Assembly (NCBI RefSeq): GCF_016127575.1
Contig: NZ_CP066018.1
Coordinates: forward strand, 2,430,001 to 2,462,000
Length of the DNA: 32,000 nucleotides
Direction: 5' to 3'
Origin: Cupriavidus necator
GTDB taxonomy: Bacteria > Pseudomonadota > Gammaproteobacteria > Burkholderiales > Burkholderiaceae
Within the stretch, counting starts at the first letter, position 1. Each line of letters opens with the position of its first letter. Both the position numbers and the translations under genes were made by a program. The notes beneath the pieces are model-generated. The model saw nothing but the letters and a program-made list of their open reading frames with translations. It did no database searches and was not told where the DNA came from. Positions 21,365-30,690 of the stretch are shown piece after piece.

Positions 21365-22750
21365 ATGGCAATCGACCCCACCATGTTCAAGGCTTATGAC
21401 ATCCGCGGAATCGTAGGCAAGACCCTGACGCGCGAAGTGGCTCGGGATATAGGCTGGTCCTTTGGCACGGCCGCCGCCGCCGAGGGCGAAAAAACCGTCG
21501 TAGTCGGCCGCGACGGCCGCCTCTCCGGCCCCGACCTAATCTCCGGCCTGGTAGAAGGCCTGCGCGCCGCCGGCCTGGACGTGATCGACATCGGCCTGGT
21601 CGCCACCCCGATGGTCTACTTCGCCACCAACATCGAGATCGACGGCGTCCGCCCGACCTCCGGCATCATGGTCACCGGCAGCCACAACCCGCCGGACTAC
21701 AACGGTTTCAAGATGGTGCTGGCCGGCAAGGCGATCTATGGCGAGCAGATCCAGGCGCTGCGCCAGCGGATCGAAGCCGGCCAGTTCAGCAGCGGTGCCG
21801 GCACCTACAAGCAAGTCGATGTGCGCCAAAAGTACCTCGACCGCATCATCAGCGACGTCAAGCTGGCCCGTCCGATGAAGGTTGCCCTGGATGCCGGCAA
21901 CGGCGTGGCCGGTGCCTTCGTGGGTGACCTGTTCCGTGGCCTGGGCTGTGAGGTGACTGAACTGTTCTGCGACGTGGACGGCAACTTCCCGAACCATCAC
22001 CCTGATCCCGCACATATCGAGAATCTGCAGGATCTGATGAAGGCCCTGCGCGAGACGGACTGCGAGCTTGGCCTGGCCTTCGACGGTGACGGCGACCGCC
22101 TTGGCGTGGTGACCAAGGACGGTCAGGTGATTTTCCCGGACAGGCAACTGATGCTGTTCGCTGAAGAGATCCTGTCGCGCAACCCGGGCGCCCAGGTTAT
22201 TTACGACGTGAAATGCACCGGCAAACTGGCCCCCTGGATCCGCGAGCACGGCGGTGAGCCGCTGATGTGGAAGACCGGCCATTCGCTGGTCAAGGCCAAG
22301 CTGAAGGAAACGGGCGCGCCGATCGCGGGCGAGATGAGCGGCCACGTGTTCTTCAAGGACCGCTGGTATGGCTTTGACGATGGCCTGTACACCGGGGCGC
22401 GCCTGTTGGAGATCCTGTCGCGCCACGCGGATCCGAGCGCGGTGCTGAACGCGCTGCCGAATGCCAACAACACGCCGGAACTGCAGCTCAAGTGTGCCGA
22501 GGGTGAGCCGTTCACGCTGCTGGACCAGATCAAGGCGAACGCGAAGTTCGAAGGGGCGCGTGAGGTGATCACCATCGATGGCGTGCGCGTGGAGTATGCC
22601 GATGGCTTCGGCCTGGCACGCCCGTCCAACACCACCCCGGTGGTGGTGATGCGTTTCGAGGCGGATAACGACGCCGCGCTGGCGCGTATCCAGGCGGAGT
22701 TCAAGCGCGTGATCCTGGCAGAGAAGCCGGATGCTCAGCTCCCGTTCTGA
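21365..22750 (+). CDS. manB: Phosphomannomutase/phosphoglucomutase (AlgC/ManB type)
   Basis: I re-set the start to the ATG at 21365 (the track start at 21326 is a TTG). MVTGSHNPPDYNGFK (phosphoserine loop), AFDGDGDRLGVV (Mg site) and AGEMSGHVFF (sugar-binding loop). 461 aa. Confidence 0.92.
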   Translation: MAIDPTMFKAYDIRGIVGKTLTREVARDIGWSFGTAAAAEGEKTVVVGRDGRLSGPDLISGLVEGLRAAGLDVIDIGLVATPMVYFATNIEIDGVRPTSGIMVTGSHNPPDYNGFKMVLAGKAIYGEQIQALRQRIEAGQFSSGAGTYKQVDVRQKYLDRIISDVKLARPMKVALDAGNGVAGAFVGDLFRGLGCEVTELFCDVDGNFPNHHPDPAHIENLQDLMKALRETDCELGLAFDGDGDRLGVVTKDGQVIFPDRQLMLFAEEILSRNPGAQVIYDVKCTGKLAPWIREHGGEPLMWKTGHSLVKAKLKETGAPIAGEMSGHVFFKDRWYGFDDGLYTGARLLEILSRHADPSAVLNALPNANNTPELQLKCAEGEPFTLLDQIKANAKFEGAREVITIDGVRVEYADGFGLARPSNTTPVVVMRFEADNDAALARIQAEFKRVILAEKPDAQLPF

Positions 22751-23837
22751 GCGCGCGACGGTGCCGGCGGCATCGTCGGACGCGGCCGGTGTGGCGCAGC
22801 CCACGCCGGCCGCGGTGCCTTTCACACTGCCGGAACGGCCGCGCATCCTGCTGGTCAAGGTGTCGTCGCTCGGTGACGTGGTGCACAACATGCCGCTGGT
22901 GCACGATCTGCGCGCGCGCTGGCCGGGTGCCGAGATCGACTGGGTGGTGGAAGAGGGCTATGTCGAGCTTGTCCGGCTGTTGCCGGAGGTGCGCCGGGTA
23001 ATTCCGTTTGCGCTGCGGCGCTGGCGCAAGCGCATCCTGCAGGGCGGCACCTGGCGCGAGGTGGGCGAGGTGCGTGACTTGTTGCGCCAGGAGCGCTATG
23101 ACGCGGTGATCGAAAGCCAGGGTTTGCTCAAGACCGCGGTGGTCGCGCGCGTGGCCGCGCGGGCGCCCGGCGCGCCGATTATCGGGCTGGGCAATGCCAC
23201 GCAGGGCTCCGGCTATGAGCCGGCGGCGCGGCTGCTATACACCGATCCGGTGCGCGTGCCACGCCAGACGCATTCGGTGCGGCGCTCGCGCTTGCTGGGC
23301 GCTGCGCTGACCGGGCTTGTGCCGGCGGAGCCGCCGCAGTTTTTCGGGCCTGCCGCGCAGTCGCTGCATGTGGACGATCCGCTGTGGGGCGATCTGCCTG
23401 CGCGCTATGCCGTGTGCTTCCATGCGACCGCTGGCGCGCGCAAGAAATGGGCGGTGCAGAACTGGCATGCGCTGGGCAGGCGGCTGGCGGATGAGGGTCT
23501 GGTGATGTTGCTGCCGTGGGGCAATGACAAGGAACGCCAGGCTGCCGAAGAGATCGCTGCTGGTGTGCCGCAGGCGAGGGTGTTGCCGCGATTCTCGGTG
23601 ATGCAGGGTTTCGGGCTGATCAACGGGGCCGAGGTGGTGATCGGGGTCGATACGGGCCTGGTCCATATTGCCGCGGCGTTGTGCCGGCCGACGGTGGAGA
23701 TCTATACGGCCACGTGGCGCTGGAAGACTGAGGGCTACTGGTCCGGGCGCATCGCCAATGTCGGTGACGACGGCGTGGTGCCGTCTGTCGATGAGGTCTA
23801 CGACGCGGCTTGCCGCGTGCGCGGAGTGGCTGCCTGA
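22731..23837 (+). CDS. waaC: ADP-heptose:LPS heptosyltransferase I
   Basis: RILLVKVSSLGDVVHNMPLVHDLRARWPGAEIDWVVEEGY parallels E. coli WaaC (VLIVKTSSMGDVLHTLPALTDA...DWVVEEGF). The ATG start overlaps manB by 20 nt and gives an N-terminal extension of about 35 aa. In-frame GTGs at 22761, 22791 and 22815 are alternatives. Confidence 0.88.
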   Translation: MLSSRSERATVPAASSDAAGVAQPTPAAVPFTLPERPRILLVKVSSLGDVVHNMPLVHDLRARWPGAEIDWVVEEGYVELVRLLPEVRRVIPFALRRWRKRILQGGTWREVGEVRDLLRQERYDAVIESQGLLKTAVVARVAARAPGAPIIGLGNATQGSGYEPAARLLYTDPVRVPRQTHSVRRSRLLGAALTGLVPAEPPQFFGPAAQSLHVDDPLWGDLPARYAVCFHATAGARKKWAVQNWHALGRRLADEGLVMLLPWGNDKERQAAEEIAAGVPQARVLPRFSVMQGFGLINGAEVVIGVDTGLVHIAAALCRPTVEIYTATWRWKTEGYWSGRIANVGDDGVVPSVDEVYDAACRVRGVAA

Positions 23838-25126
23838 TGCTGCGTTTGCTCTATAGCATGTTATGGGTGGTGGTGCTGCCGCTGGCGCTGCTGCGCCTGG
23901 CCTGGCGTGCGCGCAAGGAGCCGGGCTACTTGCAGCATGTCGGCGAACGCCTGGGTATATACGGCAGCCTGCCCCGGAAAGGTCCGTGGCTATGGGTCCA
24001 CGCCGTGTCGGTGGGCGAGACCCGCGCCGCGCAGCCGCTGATCGAGGCGCTGCTCGGCGCCTATCCGCACCACCGCCTGCTGCTGACGCACATGACGCCG
24101 ACCGGCCGCCAGACCGGTGCGCAGCTGTTCGGCAAGGAGCCGCGCATCCTGCAATGCTACCTGCCGTATGACCTGCCATGGCTGGTGGGGTGTTTCATGC
24201 GGTATTTCCGGCCGCAGGCGGGCATGCTGATGGAGACGGAGGTGTGGCCCAACCTGGTGCGCGGCGCGCGCAAGGCCGGAGTGCCGCTGTTCCTGGTCAA
24301 TGCGCGCCTGTCGCCGCGCAGCTTCCGGCGCACGGCGCGGTTTGGGCGCGCTGCGGCGGTCATGTATGCGGATTTTGCGGGCGTGCTGGCGCAGACGGCG
24401 GGTGATGCCGAGCGCTTTCAGGCGTTGGGCGTGCCGGCGGTGCAGATCACCGGCAACCTGAAGTTCGATATGCAGCCGGCGCCGGCAGGCGTTGCGCTGG
24501 GCGAGCAGTTGCGCAAGGTCATTGGCACGCGTGCGGTGCTGGCAGCCGCCAGCACGCGCGAGGGAGAGGAGCCGATGTTGCTCGACGCGTTCTCCCGTTG
24601 GCAATCACTGGCGGGCGATGTCCCGCGTCCCGCTCTGCTGCTGATCCCCCGTCACCCGCAGCGCTTCGATGAAGTCGCCGCGATGGCGGCGCGTGCGGGG
24701 TTCTCGGTCGAGCGCCGGAGTGCACTGGATCTTGACGGCATCCAGTCGCCGCTGACTGCCGATATCGTGCTGGGCGATTCGATGGGCGAGATGGCGATGT
24801 ACTTTGCTGCGTCGGATCTTGCCTTTATCGGTGGCAGCCTGTTGCCGCTCGGGGGGCAGAACCTGATCGAAGCCTGCGCGGTCGGCACGCCGGTGCTGGT
24901 CGGTCCGCATACCTTCAACTTTGCGCAGGCGACGGAAGACGCGATTGCCGCGGGCGCTTGCCTGCGCGTCGACAATGCCGATGCGCTGATGCGCATCGCG
25001 GCAAGCGTGCTGGCCGATCCAGCCCGGCTGGCGGATATGCGCGCGCATGCGCAGACCTTTGCAGGCCTGCATCGGGGCGCCACCGTGCGCACCCTCGCTG
25101 CGCTGGCCCCGGCGCTGGAAGGCTGA
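23837..25126 (+). CDS. waaA: 3-deoxy-D-manno-octulosonic acid (Kdo) transferase
   Basis: I re-set the start to the ATG at 23837 (TGATG overlap with the waaC stop; the track start at 23810 is a TTG). N-terminal membrane helix, then LWVHAVSVGETRAAQPLIEAL, the WaaA hallmark. 429 aa. Confidence 0.9.
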   Translation: MLRLLYSMLWVVVLPLALLRLAWRARKEPGYLQHVGERLGIYGSLPRKGPWLWVHAVSVGETRAAQPLIEALLGAYPHHRLLLTHMTPTGRQTGAQLFGKEPRILQCYLPYDLPWLVGCFMRYFRPQAGMLMETEVWPNLVRGARKAGVPLFLVNARLSPRSFRRTARFGRAAAVMYADFAGVLAQTAGDAERFQALGVPAVQITGNLKFDMQPAPAGVALGEQLRKVIGTRAVLAAASTREGEEPMLLDAFSRWQSLAGDVPRPALLLIPRHPQRFDEVAAMAARAGFSVERRSALDLDGIQSPLTADIVLGDSMGEMAMYFAASDLAFIGGSLLPLGGQNLIEACAVGTPVLVGPHTFNFAQATEDAIAAGACLRVDNADALMRIAASVLADPARLADMRAHAQTFAGLHRGATVRTLAALAPALEG

Positions 25127-25134
25127 TCCGGTGC

Positions 25135-26226
25135 CTACCCTGGTGCCTTGACCAGGGCATCCCACTGCAGCGCAAGCCGCTCCAGCGTGAATTGGCTTGC
25201 CTTGTCGCGGCCGCCGGCGCCAAGGCGGCTCGCCAGTTCCGGCTGGCGGATCACTGTCAGCAGCGCCTTGGCCAGCGCATCGGCATCATCCGCGGCAACC
25301 ACCAGAGCATCCTGCCCCGGGGTAAGCAGTTCGCGGGGTCCGGTCTCGCAATCGGTCGATATGATCGGCAGGCCAAAGGCCATCGCTTCGATCAGCACCA
25401 GCCCGAATCCCTCATAGCGCGAACTCAGGCAGAAGATCGATGCATGCCCGTAGGCCTGCGCCGGATCCTGGCAGATACCCGGCAGGCTGGCCCGGTCTTG
25501 CAGTTGCAGCTGGCCGATCAGTGCAGTGAGGGCAGGGCGCTCTTCGCCTTCGCCGTGGATGACCAGTTGCCATTCCGGTTCCGCTTGCGCCACCTTCTGC
25601 CAGGCGCGCAGCAAGACATCGAAGCCTTTCGCCGGAACCAGCCGGCCCATGGCCAGCACGGTCTTCTGCATGCGTGGCGCGGGTTCGGCCGGGATCGGAA
25701 ATGGCAGCGGATTCGGCAGGCAGACGACCTCGCTGCGCGGCCGCAGTGCCTCACGCCAGCGGCGGCGGTCCCGTTCTGTCAGCACGACCACCTGCCGGCA
25801 GAACTGCGCGGCCAGCCGACGTGCCACCTTGCGTGCCGGCTTGCCGAGATCCTCGTCGAAATGGCAATGCTCCCACGCGATATGGTGCAGGCCCAGGCCG
25901 AGGGTGGCAGGCAGCACGAAGAGTTCAAGCATGGTGTCGACCTGTACCAGCACATCGATGCGATGCGCGGTGCAGTGCCTGCGGATGCCGGCGACCGTGG
26001 CGAAATAGGCGCGTTTGAAGGAGGGCCGTTGCGCGAACAGCGCTTCATGGTGCACGCGTGGATGCAGAGGGAACCGGCTGGCAGCATCCCAGAGGCTCAG
26101 GATCGTGACACGATGGCCAAGATCGGCCAGCGCATTGGCGATCGTTGCGGTCATCCGCTCCGCGCCGGCCATCGCGTTCAAGGTACCGGTCAGGAAGCAG
26201 ATGTGGCGTCGTGAGTCCTGGCTCAA
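25135..26226 (-). CDS. GT4 glycosyltransferase, probably LPS core
   Basis: HICFLTGTLNAMAGAERMTATIANALADLGHRVTIL N-terminal strand; IFCLSSRYEGFGLVLIEAMAFGLPIISTDCETGPREL GT4 motif. No ATG precedes the first beta-strand. The TTG at 26226-26224 forms a TTGA overlap with the upstream ligase stop, so I prefer it. The start is uncertain. Confidence 0.75.
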   Translation of the reverse strand: MSQDSRRHICFLTGTLNAMAGAERMTATIANALADLGHRVTILSLWDAASRFPLHPRVHHEALFAQRPSFKRAYFATVAGIRRHCTAHRIDVLVQVDTMLELFVLPATLGLGLHHIAWEHCHFDEDLGKPARKVARRLAAQFCRQVVVLTERDRRRWREALRPRSEVVCLPNPLPFPIPAEPAPRMQKTVLAMGRLVPAKGFDVLLRAWQKVAQAEPEWQLVIHGEGEERPALTALIGQLQLQDRASLPGICQDPAQAYGHASIFCLSSRYEGFGLVLIEAMAFGLPIISTDCETGPRELLTPGQDALVVAADDADALAKALLTVIRQPELASRLGAGGRDKASQFTLERLALQWDALVKAPG

Positions 26227-27512
26227 CTGGCCGCCCGCGCAGGCAATGCGTCCTTGCGCGCAACCACATAGGCAAAGCAAACGGCCATGATCAGGCTGTA
26301 GAAGGCATTGACCAGGGTCGTGGCGAACATGACCTCGGTCAGGCCGAACACCATGAAGCCGCAGCACAGGGCCAGGCCCATGGCGCTGGCAACCTGCGTG
26401 CCCCGGTCTGCATTGCCAAGGTGGCGCAGGAAGAAGGCGGCCGGTACCAGATACAGGGCAAGGATTGCCAGTAGTCCCGGGATGCCGAGTGTGGCCGTAG
26501 CATGCAGGAGTTCGTTGTGTGAATGCGGCATGGTGGCAGCCAGCGGGGTGATCACATGCTGCGCCTCAAGCGTTTGCAAGGTCCGCTCGAAGTTCTCTGG
26601 CCCCACGCCGGTCCAGGGGTGAGCCTGTATCAGTTCCAGTGAGGCTCGCCAGAGCTGTAGCCGTATCCCGGTTGGGGTGTCCGGGGTTACATGCTGAGCG
26701 AATTGAGACACTTCGGATACAACGTCTGCCGTGCGCTGCTGCACGCGGGCGCTGCCGAGCCACGCGAGGCCCATGAGGCCAGCCAGCCCAACCATGGCCG
26801 CCGCCTTGTGCATCCGCGTCAGCCTGTGTGATGCAGCTAGCGCAATAAATGCCAGCACGGGGATGGCGAGCCAGCCGCCACGCGTGCCGCTCATGTATGA
26901 GGCGTACAGGCCGGCAAAGCCTGCCAGCAGCTTCAGGCCCGATTGCAGGTAGTCCCTGGGACGATCCCATCCAATTGAAATCAGGGCGAGTATTCCCATC
27001 AGCATGGAAAGATTGCTAAGGGGAATGATATTCGAGGACCCTACGTGAACTGGGCGACCGGCAGCTGTCGCCTCGTGGATCCAAGCCGCGGAAAGGAGTG
27101 CACAGACCACGAAACCCCACTGCACGCTCCGCATCCCACCCCTGCCAAGCCGTACCATCCCAAAAACCAACGGAATGAACAAAGCAAAGCGCAGGTAAAG
27201 GTAAGAAACATGCGGCTCCTCCGCCCCCGACAGCAGTTGCTGCAACAGCACTGCCAGCGGCAACGCCGCCATGGCCAGCATGAAGAACCAGTACCTGCGC
27301 AACAGCCCCCCACATTCCGTCCGGCCCTCGCGCCCGCCGGCAACGAGAGTGATGGCGCTCCAGCCGAGCAGGAGTCCGTAGCAGAGGTTGCTAACCGTCG
27401 GCTTGACAAACATCAGCGCAGGGAACGCTGCCAGAACGGCACAGGCGGCCAGGTACAGAGCTTTGTCGACCCCATACGATTGGGATCTCTGCAATCTCGT
27501 CATCAAGAGCAT
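26223..27512 (-). CDS. waaL: O-antigen ligase family protein (Wzy_C domain; WaaL candidate)
   Basis: About 10-12 TM. SGTRGGWLAIPVLAFIAL and a periplasmic loop ending PHSHNELLHATATLGIPGLL are typical of the O-antigen ligase family. Adjacent to the core GT and waaA. The track start at 27638 is a TTG; I used the ATG at 27512, and the ATG at 27503 is an alternative. Confidence 0.72.
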   Translation of the reverse strand: MLLMTRLQRSQSYGVDKALYLAACAVLAAFPALMFVKPTVSNLCYGLLLGWSAITLVAGGREGRTECGGLLRRYWFFMLAMAALPLAVLLQQLLSGAEEPHVSYLYLRFALFIPLVFGMVRLGRGGMRSVQWGFVVCALLSAAWIHEATAAGRPVHVGSSNIIPLSNLSMLMGILALISIGWDRPRDYLQSGLKLLAGFAGLYASYMSGTRGGWLAIPVLAFIALAASHRLTRMHKAAAMVGLAGLMGLAWLGSARVQQRTADVVSEVSQFAQHVTPDTPTGIRLQLWRASLELIQAHPWTGVGPENFERTLQTLEAQHVITPLAATMPHSHNELLHATATLGIPGLLAILALYLVPAAFFLRHLGNADRGTQVASAMGLALCCGFMVFGLTEVMFATTLVNAFYSLIMAVCFAYVVARKDALPARAAS

Positions 27513-27868
27513 GGAGAGAGGTTTCCGGAGGAAGGGTTGTGCACTCGGGATGCGGGCCGATCCATCCTTCTTATTATTTTGTTGCCGCCTGTTGAGCAGC
27601 GGAGCCTGTCGGTCACATTGCTGCGCCGGGCGAGGCAATTATATCGGATGGTCAGGGTGGGATTTCTTGATGTTTCGCATCCTAGCCCGCCGAACCGGTT
27701 GGGACGTTACAGAATGTATGTGATTCAATCGATGCTTCACCGGCGCTTTGGCGCAACCGCCTTGCTAAACTGATGTATCAGTAGGGTGCACTTTTCGGCA
27801 TGCCCTTTGTCAGATCTGTCGATTGCATCCATGCGGCCGTCTTGAGCGGCCTGTTACAGGAGTCCTTC

Positions 27869-28693
27869 ATGCACAGCCGTACCAGCCTGTTCCCCTTCTC
27901 CCTGGCTGCCCGCAGCGCGGCCGCCTTGCTGGTGGCAGTCATGCTCGGGGCCTGCACGACCGCGCCGGCGCCTGATCTCCCCTCCGCCGGCACCAACCTC
28001 AACCAGACCCAACCCTCCGGCCCCAGCCGCTGGGAACTGGTGCGCTGGCAGCAGCCCGACGGCGCGCAGCGCGATATCCCGCACGGCGACAACGGCCAGC
28101 CCATCATTTTTGAGTTCAATGAGGGCATCGATGCCGCGCAGGGCACGGTCAGCGGTACCAGTGGCTGCAACCGCTTTACCGGCAGCTATGGCAAGACCGA
28201 TACCGGCATCCGCTTCGACCGCATCGCCGGCACGCGCATGGCTTGCCCGCCGCCGCGCATGGAACTGGAATCGGCGTTGCTCAAGGCGATGCAGACGCCG
28301 TTTGCCACGGTCGGCACGCAGCCGTCGGCGGGCAGCACGGGCCGGCAGATCATCTGGAAGACCGCCGGCGGCGACCTGCTGCAGTTTGTCGAGCGCGAAG
28401 GCGTGGGCAGGCGCGGTGCGAGCGTGGAGGCCGGCGGCGTGGAGAAGGTGGTCTATATCGATTCGCAGCGCGTGGAGTGCTCGGGCGTGGGCAAGATGAC
28501 GTGCTACCGCTGGCGCGAATCGCCGGAGGCGCCGTGGCAGCTCTGGTATGGCCCGATCGAGGGGCTGGATTTTGAGCCGGGCGTGGCCTACACGCTGCGA
28601 GTGCGCGAGTACCAGGTGCCGAACCCGCCGGCGGATGCGTCGTCGATCCGCTGGCAGCTGCTGAAGGTGGAGTCGCGTACGCGGGCGAAGTAG
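27869..28693 (+). CDS. Lipoprotein with META (HslJ-like) and DUF4377-like domains
   Basis: I re-set the start to the ATG at 27869, with AGGAG at 27858-27862. Signal peptide plus lipobox ...LLVAVMLGAC. META signature VSGTSGCNRFTGSYG...GTRMACPPP. The C-terminal VYIDSQRVECSGVGKMTCYRWRE...GLDFEPGVAYTLRV looks DUF4377-like (from memory). Confidence 0.85.
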   Translation: MHSRTSLFPFSLAARSAAALLVAVMLGACTTAPAPDLPSAGTNLNQTQPSGPSRWELVRWQQPDGAQRDIPHGDNGQPIIFEFNEGIDAAQGTVSGTSGCNRFTGSYGKTDTGIRFDRIAGTRMACPPPRMELESALLKAMQTPFATVGTQPSAGSTGRQIIWKTAGGDLLQFVEREGVGRRGASVEAGGVEKVVYIDSQRVECSGVGKMTCYRWRESPEAPWQLWYGPIEGLDFEPGVAYTLRVREYQVPNPPADASSIRWQLLKVESRTRAK

Positions 28694-28712
28694 TGCGACG
28701 CCGTTCACGCAA

Positions 28713-28734
28713 ACGGGCCGCAGTTGCGGCCCGT
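28713..28734. terminator. GC-rich hairpin between convergent genes (bidirectional intrinsic terminator candidate)
   Basis: ACGGGCCGCA / TGCGGCCCGT arms around a minimal loop. Followed by CTTGCTTTG on the + strand and by TTTGCGTG on the - strand. It sits between the stop at 28693 (+) and the stop at 28761 (-). Confidence 0.6.
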
Positions 28735-28760
28735 CTTGCTTTGCGGCGTGCTGCGGAGGA

Positions 28761-30278
28761 TCAGGAGCGCGGTGCGCCGGCAGGCGTGGCTTCGCGCCGC
28801 GTGCCGCGGCGCTCGACCGAGGCGCGCGGGTTTGCCGGGGCCCTGGCGCCGGCCTGGGCGGGCGCGGGCAGCTTGTACAGCGCGCCCGGCGAAGAGGTCA
28901 GCAGGGTGTTGATCTGCACCACATCGGCTTCCTGCAGCACGCCAGTGGAGGCCTTCAGCCTCAGGCCGTTCATGATGGTGTCGTAGCGGGCCTTGGCCAG
29001 GTCGCGCCGGGTCGAAAACAGTTGCGCTTCGGCGTTGAGCACGTCGATATTGATGCGCACGCCCACTTCATAGCCGAGCTGGTTGGATTCCACCGCACTG
29101 GTGGCCGAGCGTTCGGCGGCTTCCAGGGCCTTGACCTGGGCCAGGCCGTTGGACACGCCGGAGTAGGTCTGGCGGGCCGTCTGCGCGGCGCTGCGGCGCG
29201 CGAATTCCAGGTCGCTGGCGGCCTTGTCGGCCAGGGCCAGGGTCTCGCGCACGCGCGACTGGATCTGGCCGCCGGCGAAGATCGGCATGGTCAGCTGCAC
29301 GCCGATCTGCGAGGCGTTGTAATGGGTGGAGATCGCCTGCGTGGCGCTGCCGGTCTGATTGGTGAAGCCGTACGAGGCCACCAGGTCGACCGAGGGCAGG
29401 TGGCCGGCCTTGGCCTTGTTGGTTTCGCGCTGGGCGGTTTCCAGGTTGTAGCTGGCCAGGTTCACCTGCAGGTTGCTGGTCTCTGCCTGCGCGGCCCAGG
29501 CGTTGACGTCGGGCGGCTGCGGGCCGGGGATGGGTGCCTCGGGGCGCAGGCCCAGCACTTCGTCGACCGGCTTGCCGGTGATCTGCTGCAGCGTGGCGCG
29601 CTTGATCTCAAGGTCGCTCTGCGCGGCGATTTCGGTCGAGGTGGCCAGGTCATAGCGGGCCTGGGCGTCGTTGGTGTCGGTGATGGTGGCGGTGCCGACT
29701 TCGAAATTGCGCTTGGCCTGCTCCAGCTGCTCGGAGATGGCCTTCTTCTGCGCGCGTGCCAGGTAGAGGTTGTCCTGTGCCGCCAGCACGTCGAAGTAGG
29801 CCTGCGCGCTGCGCGTGATCAGGTCGAGCTCGGCCTGGTGGAAGCTGACTTCACCGGCCAGCGACGCCAGTTCGCCCTGCTTGTAGGTTTCCCAGCGGTC
29901 CCAGCGGAACAGCGGCTGGCTCAGTTGCAGCTGCCAGTTGTTGTTGTTGAAGAAGCGCGTGCCGGAGGCGCTGGCCCCGGCGCCGACCGGCAGCGAAGCG
30001 GTCTGGTCGAGCTTGGTGCGGTTGGCGCCCGCGGTGCCGACCACCTGCGGCAGCAGCCCGGCGCGGCCCTGGGGCAGCCGCTCGCGCGTGGCCAGCAGCT
30101 GCGAGCGCGCGCTGGCAAACTGCGCGTCATTGGCTTGCGCATCGCGATAGACCTGCAGCAGGTCGGCCGCGCTTGCCGGTGCCGCCGGCATCATGGCCAG
30201 CAGCGGGGCAAGCAGGGAAACCGCGATCGCCAGGCGTGTCCGGATCACTCCGGGCAGGGCGTTGGGCGCAAACGTCAT
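28761..30278 (-). CDS. tolC: TolC-family outer membrane efflux/type I secretion channel
   Basis: Signal peptide ...MMPAAPASA/ADLLQVYRDAQANDAQFASARS, a typical TolC mature N-terminus. Two-fold internal repeat architecture. 505 aa with a Pro/Ala/Arg-rich tail of about 40 aa. Confidence 0.9.
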   Translation of the reverse strand: MTFAPNALPGVIRTRLAIAVSLLAPLLAMMPAAPASAADLLQVYRDAQANDAQFASARSQLLATRERLPQGRAGLLPQVVGTAGANRTKLDQTASLPVGAGASASGTRFFNNNNWQLQLSQPLFRWDRWETYKQGELASLAGEVSFHQAELDLITRSAQAYFDVLAAQDNLYLARAQKKAISEQLEQAKRNFEVGTATITDTNDAQARYDLATSTEIAAQSDLEIKRATLQQITGKPVDEVLGLRPEAPIPGPQPPDVNAWAAQAETSNLQVNLASYNLETAQRETNKAKAGHLPSVDLVASYGFTNQTGSATQAISTHYNASQIGVQLTMPIFAGGQIQSRVRETLALADKAASDLEFARRSAAQTARQTYSGVSNGLAQVKALEAAERSATSAVESNQLGYEVGVRINIDVLNAEAQLFSTRRDLAKARYDTIMNGLRLKASTGVLQEADVVQINTLLTSSPGALYKLPAPAQAGARAPANPRASVERRGTRREATPAGAPRS

Positions 30279-30353
30279 GAAAGCTCCAGGTTGCCGGGCG
30301 CGGGCCGCGGCTACAGTCGATTCTTCTTGGTGTTGCTGTGCTGGACTGCCGCT

Positions 30354-30677
30354 TCAGTACTTCGGCATGGCCGGGTCGACATCGCTGGCCCAGGCGTCGA
30401 CGCCGCCGGTCAGGTTGTAGACCTTGCCGTAGCCCTGGCGCTCCAGGTAGGCCGCCACCTGCATGCTGCGTGCGCCGTGGTGGCAGATGCAGACGATGTC
30501 GGCGTCTTCGTCGAGTTCGGCCGCGCGCGCGGGGATGTCCCGCATCGGGATGTGGGTGATGCCGGGCATGGCGCAGGTCTGCACCTCCCAGCCTTCACGC
30601 ACGTCGAGCAGGACCGGCTTGGCGCGGCTGGCATCGGCCAGCCACTGGGCCAGTTCGGTCGCTTTGATGACCTGCAT
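30354..30677 (-). CDS. Single-domain rhodanese (sulfurtransferase)
   Basis: 107 aa. LLDVRE...IVCICHHGARSMQVAAYLERQGYGKVYNLTGGVDAW, with the active-site loop CHHGARS. Confidence 0.9.
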   Translation of the reverse strand: MQVIKATELAQWLADASRAKPVLLDVREGWEVQTCAMPGITHIPMRDIPARAAELDEDADIVCICHHGARSMQVAAYLERQGYGKVYNLTGGVDAWASDVDPAMPKY

Positions 30678-30690
30678 GGTGGATCTGTCC

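Noticed and set aside
21536-22891. 451-aa ORF on the - strand
   Set aside because: It lies antisense to the PMM/PGM gene, which has all three catalytic loops. No motifs are present in the antisense translation.
24958-26214. 418-aa ORF on the + strand (also 23235..24179 on the - strand and 27854..28708 on the - strand)
   Set aside because: These are shadow ORFs opposite the core GT4, waaC/waaA and the META lipoprotein gene. Their composition is low complexity.
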